Positions 15,253 through 29,400 of a stretch of 64,000 bases of DNA are shown one piece after another. The stretch comes from the human T2T-CHM13v2.0 reference genome, Homo sapiens. Position numbers and translations under genes: made by a program. The DNA is taken from assembly GCF_009914755.1 (NCBI RefSeq), contig NC_060929.1. One strand, given 5' to 3'. The first letter of the stretch is position 1, and every line of letters begins with the position of its first letter. A model generated the notes under the pieces. It searched no databases and was not told where the DNA came from. It saw only the letters and a list, made by a program, of their open reading frames with translations.

Positions 15253-15417
15253 CAATGCATTTTACTTGCATGCTACATTGCCTCAATGAAATCATAAGGT
15301 CCTCCAAGACAGGGTCCCAGATTTTTTTACCCCATGGTTGGTAGATACTAAAATTCTTTCTCAACTTAATTTAAATCTTCATAGTATGATATTGGTTAAA
15401 GAAAATAAATTGCAGAG

Positions 15418-15799
<382 letters not shown>

Positions 15800-16239
15800 C
15801 TATAAATCCATAGAAATTAGAACCATAGTCTAGTTGACAATTTATTTTTGTTCCATTGAATCTAACCTCATACATGTATACACACACATATATATGTATT
15901 TCCAACCCTATAATTTTTCAAGTGATGAAACAGACCCATAGAAGTTAAATGATTGACTTCACAGTATAAAACTTTTAAGAAGCAAAACTAAAGCTATAAT
16001 TAAATGAGTTAATGCATATAAGTGCTTATACCAGGGCCTAGTTAATACAGGAAGGGCTTAAGAAATATTCTTAGCTTCAGAATCAAGGTTGTTGGATGTC
16101 TAATTCAGTGCATTTTCCAGTAAAACACATTACCTCAGAACTTTACAGTAACACAGTAAAGACAACCATTTCAGGAGCATGTTATGCATTCTTTAATGAG
16201 CAAGAGTTACACAATAAGAGATCAGCCCGAGGGTGTCAT

Positions 16240-16475
16240 CAGAACAGGTAAACTGGTAGCCTATGGGCCCGATATAAATGGCTGCCATTTTATTTGACCC
16301 CTTTAATAGTTTAAAAATTTTTAGTTAGTTGCAACGGTTAAAATTATAGAAATGTGAAATAAATATTGAGACTTTTAACTTCTTTGGGAAAACCGGGAAA
16401 TCTGACAACACTGGGCTTGCATTCCTCCATGTCACCAATCAGTTGGGGTTTGAATTTCCAACTCCTGCCCTTCTG
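16240..16475. mobile_element. hAT-Charlie relic (MER102-like)
   Basis: ggtaaactggtagcctatgggcc...ttagttgcaac...aaatctgacaacactgggcttgcattcc resembles recalled MER102 consensus. Confidence 0.55.
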
Positions 16476-17590
16476 CTAAAGTCCTGATTATGATTAATGT
16501 ACAAAATGATGACTGAATCATGTAGTAAGAGCTACATCAGTCAGAAAATACTAAGTGATATTTGCTAACCATATCTAATTGCAAGCCACACACACATAGC
16601 TATTTCCTAAATTAGAAAAATTGATTGTTATAAGGAATAAAAATAAAGGTGACTGTAGTATTTAAAGGGTAACTAGAATTTAACCAGAAAATCTATTTAA
16701 AGAGATGAGCCCACTCCCTACAGTTCAGTTACATAAGGAACCAATGTATTTTTCTTTTATGGGAAAATACTGGTTCAATAACTTTGATTCATATGTTAAA
16801 TAAAAACAAATGACACAACTTTATTTGGAATATTTTTTCCCTTAATTTAAATATAGCCCTTACGATCTGCAAACATTTTAGTTAGTCTGCTTTTGACCTG
16901 AACTAAGCAGCTATAAGAAAAAAAATTAAAAATAAAAATAGGTTACAACACATTAAATATCCTCCCTCTGCCACCTTACACTTTTTGGTGCTAAAACATA
17001 TGCTCTGCCACCTGCAGATAAAAGTCACACACTGAGAGTGTATATTCTGACAAGAATTACTAGTTTCAAGCATGCCTGGTGATTTTGGACAGTAGCACTT
17101 AAGAAACCTTCAATCTGGCAGTTTTACCACTGCACATTTTTGAAAGCATTCCTACAGCCTAAAGTTATACAAATTTTAGGATCTGACCTTTGGGAGAAAA
17201 CAAAATAAAATGAAACAAAAAGGATCCTAGGGTAGCATTTTGATCCAACTGGTTCTATTTTTTTTTTTGTTTTTTTTTTTTTGGTCACATACATATCTCC
17301 CCCCACCCCATTTCACATCTCAATGACAAGTTGCCAAGGGTGATTTGAATTTTTTAAAAAAAATTTCTGATGGGGTAAAACTCTATTGTAATATCAAGAG
17401 AACTTGTATTCCTACACACACTGGGAACATCTGTCATAAGAGTTAAAAATTATTGTTATTCCATAAAAAATTTATTTTCCTATTTTTATGTTTCCTTTAC
17501 CCTCAGTTACTTTTCTGTTTTATTTTATTTGTTTGCTCTTTCATCTTGTTCCATAAAGGGTTTGGGGATGTACAAAAATGAACCCAGGCA

Positions 17591-18450
17591 GGACTTCCGA
17601 AGATGGCAAGTGAAGAAGTTGGCAAATCCTCTTCCACTGAACAACTAAAAAGGTGGCAAAATTGTCAAGTACAACCATTTCAGCACTCCAGAAATCAACC
17701 AAAAGCAAAAAAACAAACTGAGAAATGTTTATTCAAGGAAATCTGCTGTATTACAGGTAAGGACAGTGGCAATCTGTGGCGAGCAGCTCGGTAGCACAGC
17801 AGTGCTTCCAGAGCATGATTGGCTGTGAAAACCTGCAGCTTCGCTGCTAGAAGGGGCTGACTTGATTTACAGTAGAAGGACAGAAACCCATGCCCAATCA
17901 TGTTATCCTCAAGTAAAGCAAATTCAGTGGGAAACCAACCACAAAAGCCCCGGCCCTGCTAGTCTGAGGTTGTGGTCTTGCTTGGGGCGAGCGGTAGACC
18001 AGTAGACTAGCTAGAAATTCAACAGGGAGATTCTGGAAATGAGTGAGAGGCTGAGAGACTAGATGAACTCCCGCACATTCCTAGCTGACTGAGAGGATGA
18101 GTGCTGGGACGGAAGTCCCAGGATAGCCTGGTAGAGAAGGAAAGCTAGGGCAGACTTGGAAACTTTGAATAGGCTCTGTAACTCAAACACGGATCCATCC
18201 ACAGAGTCTTACTAGCTTGGGGTGATTGAACAAAAACTCTGACCATTAGGCTATGTAGGCAAAGAGGTTATTATCTAGGAGCTGACCTAAAATAAAATTA
18301 AAATTGAAAACAAAACAAAACAAAACAAAAAACCCACCAAGCTATCAACATCTACATTTTGAAGAGGGGAGTCTGCAGATTAAGTCCAGGTAAGTTTCTA
18401 AAAACAGAAGAAAACAAAAGACCAGAAGCAGCAACAAAGATCCTCAAGGC
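17591..18450 (+). mobile_element. Old L1M 5'UTR-like segment
   Basis: Starts ggacttccgaagatggc (typical L1 5' end with YY1-like AAGATGGC); aaccatttcagcactccagaaatcaaccaaa...tgtttattcaagga. Confidence 0.6.
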
Positions 18451-18459
18451 AAATGAATC

Positions 18460-19810
18460 AGAATCTACAGTTGCTCTCATTATTCCTGTTCAACATTGTA
18501 CATGAGGTTGCAGCCAGTACAGTAAGGCAAGAAAAGAACTTAATGGCATATATATTAAGAAGGAAGATGTACACGGTTTTAGTCATAGATGTTATGGTCC
18601 TGTATGTAGAAAATCCTAAAGATTCTATTAAAAAAATCTAAAACAAGTTTTAGCTAGGTCACAAATACAGAATCAATATGCAAAAATCAATTTTAATTCT
18701 CAAACTAGCAATAAACAATTCAAAATTGAAATAAGAAAAGAATTCCACTCAAGAAATAGAGGAAATAATCTTAAAATTTATATTGAACCACAAAAGACAT
18801 GGAATAGCCAAAGCCATCCCTAGCAGAAAGAACCAAACTGAAGGGATCACATTACCTGACTTCAAATTATACTACAGAGCTATAGTAACCAAAACAACAT
18901 GGTACTGGCATAAAAACAGACACATAGACCAATGGAACAGAATAGAGAACCCAGAAATAAACCCATACATCTACATTGAACTCATTTTCAACAAAGGTGC
19001 CAAGAACATACACTGGGGAAAGGACAGTCTCCTCAATAAATGGTGCTGGGAAAACTGGAAATCCATATGCAGAAGAATGATACTAGACCCCTATCTGTCA
19101 CCATATACAAAAATCAAATCAAAATGGATTAAAGATTTAAATCTAAGAGCCAAAACTATGAGCCTACAAAAAGAAAACATTGGGGAAAGTCTCCGGGACA
19201 TTTGACAGGGAAAAGATTTCTTGAGTAATAGCTCAAAAATTCAGGCAATCAAAGCAAAAATGGACAAATGGTGTCAGATCAAGTTTAAAAGACATTGCAC
19301 AGATAAGGAAACAATCAACAAAGTGACAATCCCCAGAATGGGAGAAAATATCTGCAAACTGCCCATCTGACAAGAGATTAATAAACAGAACATATAAGGA
19401 GCTCAAACAACTCATTAGGAAAAAAAAAATCTAATAATCCGATTTAAAAATGTACAAAAGATCTGAATAGACATTTCACAAAAGAAGACATACAGATGGC
19501 CAAGAGGTACATAAAAAAAAGTTCAATATCACTAATCATCAGATAAATGCAAATCAAAACTACAATGAGATATCTTACTCCAGTTAAAATGGCTCATATC
19601 CAAAAGACAGACAATAATGAATTTTGACAAGGATGTGGAGAAAGGGACACCCTTGTACATTGTTGGTGGGAATGTAAAATAACACTACCACTGTGGAGGT
19701 TCCCAAAAAACTAAAAATAGAGCTACCATATGATCTAGCAATCCCACTGCTAGGTATATGCCCCAAAGAAAGGCAGTCAGTATATTGAGGAGATATCTAC
19801 ACTCTCACTG
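18460..19810 (+). mobile_element. L1 ORF2 fragments (older L1M piece ~18460-18750 joined to an L1MA/PB-like piece)
   Basis: Translated fragments LFNIVHEVAASTVRQEK and [38 protein letters not shown]; ends before the 3'UTR. Confidence 0.92.
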
Positions 19811-22757
19811 TAAAAACATACTATAAAATTTTCATTGTCCATAAGATAAAAAGAAACAACTGGTGAACTGGTGAAGCACTGAATTCTAGGGAAGATTTCT
19901 CCTGTGGGTCCTCCTAAGAGAGGACCTCATGAAATATAGGGAACTACTCCCTTTAAAATAGCAGCCCTCTCCCCATGGTGAGCCCTGAATGGTTTACAGG
20001 GGTGAGGAGATAGTGATCCTCAGCCCTCAGGGGCCAATAGGACTAGGGGCAGCTAAAGCCCTGTGCCTGTGGCCTCCAGCCTTTAGTAGTTCCCTGCAAC
20101 TATACTAGGATGCTGGAAAAATATATTTTTTTGTAATATGTGCCAAAAAATAAAAAGCACTTTGTCTAAAAGGTATCTGTAACATCTGTAACATGCAGTT
20201 TCATATCATTTTCTTTTAACAAGCTGATTACAAAACAGAAATACAATTCGTTAAAACATTTCTGCAAGGGCCAAAGATGTCCAGTTATTTGATGTCTGGC
20301 TTCATTTATCCCATAGTATTATATGTGGCTACTAAATGCATCTGAACTCCTTTTAGGTGGCATTTATGTTAATGAGTTTAAATTATTTATTAACAAGGTC
20401 AGCTTTATTCACCACATGACCAAGTTTGGCCAAATGGACTGGTGGTGCTGCCAGGTGCAAATATGCTTCCCAACACTTCAGAAACTCTGAAAGCCTCCCT
20501 TCTACAAATCCATTTCTTTACATGCAATTTTTAAGCTCACTGTAAGCGCAGATGAACTACACTGCATAATCACATATTCACATTACTTATTAGAAAGTGA
20601 TCTTAGATTAAAAAAAATTATAGATGATTTTTAGTTTGAACCTTCTCCTTCCCCTCATTTTAAGTTAATTCCACACAGGGTGATTGTTTCTAATGTGTGT
20701 CACTGGAGTGCATTAAGATTCTACCCTTCAGAATTTTTACAAGGCATGAAATTTCAGGTAAAATTGCTGGTACTGAGACCCACCAATAAGGGCTATGGCT
20801 TATGGCTCCATATAGTCTCCTGGTCACCTGCAACTCTTACACAGGAGAATATTCCTATTGGAGCTTTCCCAATAAATATGACTTTGAAGATCTAGTCTTG
20901 ATAAGTACATTATTCAATCTTTATGGTTCTTTACCCCATTAGTCATATCACTGCACCGGAGTTACACCAACTATAGACAGTAAAATCATCTTACATATTA
21001 ATTTCCCATATGGCACATCAGATCCCTGCATCAAGAATTCCTGTTTTACATAAAAAATTTAGGTTCTTGCCTATATATCCACAATATTCCATTTAATTAT
21101 AAAGAAATTCCATTCCTCCCTTAATTAACTTTTACTATCTATAAAAGTGAAACAAGAGGATTGTACTCTACTTATATGTACATTACAACTACTTTTGTGA
21201 AAAAAATCTACAAATACACTTTTTTTCTAAAATGTATATATAATCAAAAGAGGATTTCAGAGAAAAGTACAAACGTGAGGACAGCAAACAGGAAAAAGTA
21301 GTACGTGAGTATTTAGCACTTACGGATAGAACTTAAGCAAAAACTATAGCTAAATTTTTTTAAAGCACCTTTAAGACTCTTTATTAATTTAAAATTTATT
21401 ACAAATACACAACTGCATTCTGATGCAGTCCCCTTAAGTCATCTTGTTAAATTTTGTCATAACATGTGTTACTGCAGTTCTACACTTTTACCTTTGCACT
21501 TTGTAGTGTGCAGCAGAGCACCATAATTAACCACTGGTAGGTAGTGTTTACGTTAGTTCTCAAAAGGTTAAGAAGCTGATTATAGCTAAAATCAGCTTTG
21601 CCTGAGGCTTCAGGGGCTCTGTGTAATCAAATTAGACAAGCAGGGCACAGTGTCACCTAACACAAACCAGTGGCACTTTCTTCTTTGCACTGATCCTTTC
21701 CCCCGCCTTTTTTTTTTTTTTTATTAGGGAAACAACTCATGCTTTTTGCTTTTACCAGATAATTTTGAAAGACTTGTTCCTAATAAATTTGGCACGCAAT
21801 TTCCTAAGATGTCCACTTCTTTAAAAGAAATGAGAACATGTAGAGAAAATTTTGAAAAAAAAATGCTTGTTAGAAAAGAAATTTACATTTAGAGACAGAT
21901 TTTTTAAAGGAAGTATTTTCACAAAAGGCAGGTGACAACATTATCACATGTACACAATATTATGGACACTTCCTAGCTTTAGACAGACTGTCAGTTTTGT
22001 TTTGCAGAAAACCACACAATGGCTTATCTGCTTCAGAGAACTTTATAAACATGATAGGTAACACATTAGCATTTCTAAGAAACCATGGGAACCCTCTCTG
22101 CTGAGTGATAGCTCATCATTTCTCCATCTCTACTCTTTGAAGCTGGGCAAGGTAAACTATATAATAGATGTATTTACGAAGGAGGTTTAATAAGGTGAAG
22201 AGAAGAGCAAACTAGTCCTACTTCAGAGACCCTCTACAAGATTCTATATTTAAATGCAGAAAGATGTATTAGCCACGTATAAATCTTGCTACCTTTGAGT
22301 CTAAAGAGAACAAAATCATGAACACTAAAGAGAATAAGAAAGAATAGCAATGGCAAATTTAAATAAAAATCTAGAATATTCTTCTCAGCAAAATTTATAA
22401 ACTACTATTAAGAGATAACATTTATTACATCTTTATCTTCCTGTATTTGACTTTGAACTTTTGGTTCAAGTTCTACATATTTATTACTTTGCTTGAAATA
22501 CAGAAGCAAAATGAATGTAAACATCCTACAAATGAGTGATCAAGAGAAAATGAGTTTTGCTAATGATTTATTCTGAGCAATAAAATCAAAACTTGTTATT
22601 TTAATTGATTAAGTCATAAAGAGTTCCTGGAAAAGTCAAATCTTGCTATTTGCACAGTCAGACAATTTCTGCTAAACCAGCAGTACTTAACAAATTCACA
22701 TGTGGTTAGTTTGTCTTGCCATAGCTGTATATCACATTTCTGTACTATAAGCTGTGC

Positions 22758-22782
22758 AAAAAAAAAAAAAAAAAAAAAAAAA
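22758..22782. repeat. Isolated A25 tract not attached to a SINE/LINE
   Basis: Directly visible; flanks are non-repetitive. Confidence 0.95.
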
Positions 22783-23890
22783 TCAATATGCCAAGTTTAA
22801 CAAAAGGACAGGAAACATGATGTTCTCCTATATTTTCAATCAACCTCAAATGACTCTGCTGTTCATACTCAGTACAATTTATGGCTGAGAAATGTATTCT
22901 TCAATTGAAAAAAAATCTACAATGGAATGAATTATATAAATTCAGAGTTGAAGTTCTGCCTTATTCCATAATAACAATTTATTTAGAAGATTCTGACATT
23001 CTGATTCAATGTGCATAGTATAATCAGCCATTCAGAGGCATATTTTTTTTTCTTGATGAAGGATGAAGTACTACTGTATATTCTTTAGATCAAAGAATGT
23101 ATACTATTTATGATAATACTTTGATATACATATTTAATTTAGGTTTTGGAGACTTTTTTTCTAATTTCTCTTTTCATATGTGAAATATATGATGAGATGG
23201 TATCTATTGAGCAAATGCTTTAAAGTATAACACAAAGAAAAAAATCCCAGTGGATCCTGAGCTACTGCATTGGTTAATTGATTCTAGATTTTACATCGTC
23301 TTTTACTGCTGCAGAAGTACATTATGTGTGGAAGTAGATTAGGATGAAAATGCTGAGAATGAGGTAGGAGTGGTCATGACCAATAGGTCAGCACCAAGCG
23401 GTGCCACTTCTGCCTTCTCAACTCAGCGCTGTGGAACTGTGTGTGGCAAAACAACCAGAAAGTTGGAGTTCAGCCAAACTATTCAGAACTGTTACCACAG
23501 TTGCTTTTTTTTTTTTTTTTTTTTAAAGTAAAGGAAGAGTTGGCTTTGGAATCTTTAAAAGGGCCATATACATAGAAAAGAGAAAAGTGCAACAATACAC
23601 ATACGCAGAGGAATTTATTTACACTTGTGAAAAATTCTTTGGTAATTTCTCTTCATTCTAATAACCAGAGGTAAATGGATTAATGACAGCTGAAAAAAGT
23701 ATGTTACTGATGAGTACTGAAGGTATAAACCGTGATATAAAACATACTCAGAGAACTGCACTTGTTCCTAACTTTCTATTAATATGTCATTTATAAGACG
23801 AATTTCACTCGTAGATTAAGGCAGCATTTAAAAAAGAATAGGCATAAATTCCTGATATTAATGTTGCTATAAATGATTATTTCTGTATAA

Positions 23891-24192
<302 letters not shown>

Positions 24193-24223
24193 AATATTCT
24201 TATTTCAAAATAGAGTATGACTC

Positions 24224-24513
<290 letters not shown>

Positions 24514-24750
24514 GTATGGCTCAGAATAGTGATAGGAAGTTTTTTGTATCCAAAACTCAGAATAACAGAACGTGGAGAAAAAATATATCAAGGCATACAA
24601 ATCATAATGTAATGTATGTTAAAGTAGACTCTTTAATGTCTGCAACTACATTAACAGTCATACATAATCCCCAGTTACTTGTAAGGCCCTAATATATAAT
24701 TTGTTCCCAGGAAATGAAAGACTTATCACTTCTGAAAAATGTCTAATTGT

Positions 24751-24771
24751 AACAACAACAACAACAACAAC
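24751..24771. repeat. (AAC)7 microsatellite
   Basis: Directly visible. Confidence 0.95.
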
Positions 24772-25384
24772 GTCTGTCCATTTTACTTCTAAGGAGTGGC
24801 TTCCTAATGAGAAGTCATACCTTAACATGTTACTGATTTTTGGCTAAAGAGTGATTCAGATTATTTTTCTACCTTTATTTATTTAATGTTTCCTAGCTTT
24901 TTTCTCATCTCTCTAAAGGTTCTTTGGTAGTACCTCTTTCTATTTCACTGGAAACCATCTATTAATGAGATTTCCCTATCACTTTACTGCCAATAAATCA
25001 AACCTACTGATTCACTCCTGATGCAGATGCCTGATTTCCATTCTTTAGGCAACACTGACAGCTCTCTCTTGGATGTCTTCTGTAGACATCCTATCATTTC
25101 TTTAAACTCAATGGGTGGAGCTCATCTTAACTTTTTCTAGCACTCCTTCATTTTTGCAGCATCACTGGATATCCTCACTTCTTGCCTGCCCACACAGGAG
25201 ATTTCTCCATAACTTTTATATTCCTTAAAATGTCAAAACCTTCATAAAATTATCCTGAGTTTTCTACCATGGCTGTTGTCTGTAGGCCAAAATAAACCAG
25301 CTGTTACAAGCTGAAACATTTGATCTGTTTGAGCTCCTAGGCTATAGGGTGCTTATTTAATTCTGTCTGAATTAAAGCATTAGA

Positions 25385-25497
25385 AAAGAATCTTAGAGCT
25401 GGAAAGTATAGAAATCATCTACCTAACCATCTAATATTTAAAAGATTACAGATCCAGAGACGTTCAACTGGCCCGAAGCCACATATAGGTTAGTCAT
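25385..25497 (-). mobile_element. MIR/MIR3 fragment
   Basis: agaatcttagagctggaaag...atcatctacctaacc...aactggcccgaagccacat. Confidence 0.5.
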
Positions 25498-26204
25498 TCT
25501 CATCTTTTTGCACTCACCATGTGCTTTTTTAGTCCTCTGCAATTATTATGCTCCTCAAAACAGAACTGGGGAGAACAATCAATTAAATTTGCCACAGATA
25601 ACATTTCTACCACTTCCAGCCAGCATATTCCTTCTATTTTTACTATTATATCTTCCATGCACTTTTTCACCACATCTCAAGGTGATGATTCTCTGATTCT
25701 CCCTTTCTTATCTGCCTGTTAAAACATGTGTGCTAGGCTCTTATGCTTACAAGCTGCTGTGATCACATTATTTCCTTGCAGAAACTGCTTATTAAGTCAA
25801 AATGAACATTTCCAAATATCCATCTACTATCTATCTCCAAAACCTAAAATTTTAGCATCTCATGTTTCCTATCTGTTTGGTTCCCTTCCTTTAAGTAATA
25901 CAGATAGAAAATCCTTTGGTTTCTATTTCAGCACTCCGAAAATTTGTTGAGCTTCTTTTCTCATTTTCCTTATGCTTACTTTTCTAAGCACTTTGGAGTA
26001 GGTTCCTCCTCTTCCAGTCTTCAGCACCAAAAGAGATGTGCATCATTTTTGCTGTTTTCCCTTATCTGCTCAGGCCGTCATGCCGTTTCCTTTTCAAATC
26101 CTGTCAGGATACCCGTTTATGAATTCTTTGTAAAACCCATCTAATTACTGGACTGCAGTCAACAGCTATCGCTTAATCTTCAATTCTGTTTCCTCATATC
26201 CTTT

Positions 26205-26420
26205 AATTTTAGAAACATAGAACCCTAGAATTGAAGTAGATATTAAAGACGCTTTATTCTAATCTATCCAATGTAAAAATTCCCTCTATCAAATTCTTGA
26301 AAAGTGGTTATTAAGCCTTCATTTGACTGCTTCAAAAGACGGAAAGCTTGCCAGTTTACAATGCAGCCCATTCCATTTCTTAAAACAATTCAATCATTAT
26401 ATTGGGCCTCTTTAGTTTCC
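26205..26420 (-). mobile_element. L3/CR1 3' fragment
   Basis: catagaaccctagaattgaag...attccctctatcaaattcttgaaaagtggttattaagcct...gcagcccattccatt. Confidence 0.55.
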
Positions 26421-29400
26421 ATAATCCACAATCAAAGCCTTTGTCATAATGTCTATTTAGAACCTAATCTATAGTTCAGGGTTAAGATCAGCTAAATCAT
26501 TAAATCTTCTCTGAGTTCTTTCGGTGTCATATCTTTAAGATCTGGATGCTATTTATTCAGTCTCAAGAGATGCTTTCCCCCAGTGGTACTGAACATTTAC
26601 CACCAACTGTGCCAAATAATTCAATAATATAAAAATTTCAACTGGACCATTAAGAGAAAAAATGAAAATCTTCAACTGATACTAGCTCTATAGTTTTCCA
26701 AGAAACTGGTCTGCATAAGATGTTAGTAACTTGTGATAAGGTAGTGAGTTGGTTAAAAGTCTAAGACAAGCTCGAATGCTAATATATTAACTTTAACAGA
26801 GTGAGAAAACTATATACCCATGAGACTTTATTTCTCTTGCTTAAAAAGTAATTATATTTCAGGCATTTATGATGAGCAATCTGTGTTTTGGTTTTCCTAC
26901 TTTTTACTTTGTTAAAAGTCAAATAAGTGCCAGACTCACTGTTTTCTTTTTCATTGTGTGATGCCTAACTAAACTGGTAGGTGTATACCCACCTTCATGT
27001 GTATATTCTGCTTCTGAAATAAAATGGATGAAAAACATTATATTTAATGTCAACATACCCCAAAGCCTTGTTGTGAAAGGCACAATTTTGAAAAAACTGA
27101 ATAAATGAATAATATAGTTTACTTTAATAGTATAATCTTAAGATTAAGGAAACAGGCTAATTCTCTCAACTGGTTTAAGTTTCATTGAAAGGGTAGTTTT
27201 TAATTTGATAGGTTTGTAAAGGGGGAAGGCAGGAAGCAGAGGGGTGGAACCTAGCGAGGCAGCTCTGTAAGATGAATTGCTGTCAGGGTGAAGCGGCTGG
27301 TTACAGTAATAGCTGGAAACCATAAGTGTTACAGGCTTTGAAGTCAGTTCAGCTTTGATGTCTTACTCTCATAGTTAATCGTAAGATAGTATGGAAGGGG
27401 CAAAAAAATAAGGCTTTCTAATACTGTGCTTGGTGTCATTGCTCAGGAAATCCTAGCATGAAAAAAGATTGGTGTCTGTGTGAACTTTAAGTGTAGCATT
27501 AGTCTGCTCTTTTTTTAAAAAAGTTTTTAAATTATTGATGCACTAATTACCATATTTGTTAGTTTGAGGCAAGTACATGCACATGTAGGAACATGTGTTA
27601 TTAGAACATGTGAATCAATCAATAAGGATACACATGAATAATTATTTGGGTTTGTTATCATGCTAGGTATTGCTGAGATCAAATTATATAGCTGTGTTTC
27701 CCAACGTTGAGGAACTTATTAGCTGAGGACTAGTAATCTTGCTGCAGGAAGTTAAAAATTCACAGGAAGGAGCCTTAGACATCATCTAATCCAAGACCAA
27801 AGTCCAAAGAAGATGGCCTGTTCTGGAAACAAGAGATCAAACTGCCAAGTATACACATGAATTAAATAAACCACAATAAATAGATAATATGGAGAAATGA
27901 AGGGATAAGAGCATCTTATGACTTCTTGGATAGAAGAAAAATTATAGGAATTTCATGTTTCAATAGAGCATTGTTTCCCTATTAATTTGTGTAACACTTT
28001 TATGTATTTTGCTATATGCAGAAACTACCAGCACTACTAAAATACCTAGCATTTCCTTCACCTCAACTCACTTTCTCTATTTGCCTAGTCCCAAACAATA
28101 ACATCCACTACATGGGTTTTGTGTTATTCTAATACATATTAGAATAAACAAATAACTATTAAAATAAAAAACAGTTTACCTATGAGCCACCAGTGGTGTG
28201 TGTATAAAACATGAAGGCGGAGGATTCATGGGAAGAATACATCTTTATTATTTCTTTGGGTACTTAAATAAGAACTATGGATTTAAAGTCTGTGCTCTTA
28301 AAGTATTTAAATGTGTCCTTAATGTGTGTTCAGTGACCTAGATAATCTGAATTTAAAATATTCTTTTCTTTGGGGTTGTGTGGTTTGATCCTTCTCATCT
28401 TAAAACTTTGTTTAGTTATGGGACCTACTCCAACTTACTTTATGCACAGTAAATAATGTGTACTTTAAAAAAATCTATAACGTATATCATAATAATGACA
28501 GCCTGAGATTAAGACTGCAAAATAAAAAGCTGAAAGGGAAAAAGTTTCCTTTTGACTTTTTCTCAATAGTGCTATCTTGCTGCCTGTTGCTTTAAAAGAA
28601 AAAAAGCTTTCTAGCTTTTCTAGGTAGAAACTAACTACAGGAACAACATTACATATATTACTTTAATGGGAAAAGAAAAAGAGTGATTAAAGTTCTGGGG
28701 CATTCCTCTTGTTTATGTGTTGGTATCACATAAGAGAAGGAAGCCAAAGCCAGATACTAGAAGAAAGGGGTTAACTACACCTCATGGAAGCGAGAGGTTA
28801 TTCCTCTGTTACATTCTTATCCTTTAACTGCATTAGAATTGACTGTAAACATAAACAAAAGCCACCGGTGGGCAATTAAATTTGAAGAAGTAGCCCATAA
28901 AAACTGGAATATTCAGCATGTATAACAATCAGTTACACAACATCTGATTTAATAGTTAGATTTTAAGCGTTCCTCTTACAATACATGTTAAATGTTCTCA
29001 ACAAATCATATTCTATAATGCAGTAAAATGACAATTTCAATGTAGTCTAAGGCTGGTAGGACAAGAATATTAAAGCAAATTAAACCATAATCTTTCATTT
29101 ACATTTAGAGGTTAAAAATCTGTAGTCATTTGTGACAAGAGCTTTCAAATGAATTTGCCATTCCCAAAGTCATCTCAGTAGACAGGAAGGAGGAACTTGG
29201 CATGTGACCAACAAATTATGAGAGAGCAACACCTCAAGGTTAGAGGGCACTGATGACTTCAACAAATCTCACCAGCTAAGGCAACAGATTAAGCTGGGGG
29301 ATAGGATGCCCTACAACCTTAACCTGTTAATACCTTTAAATTCTTAAGACTGACCTCTAGTCTGCTCTTTCATATTAGTTGTTAGTTACACTAATTACAG

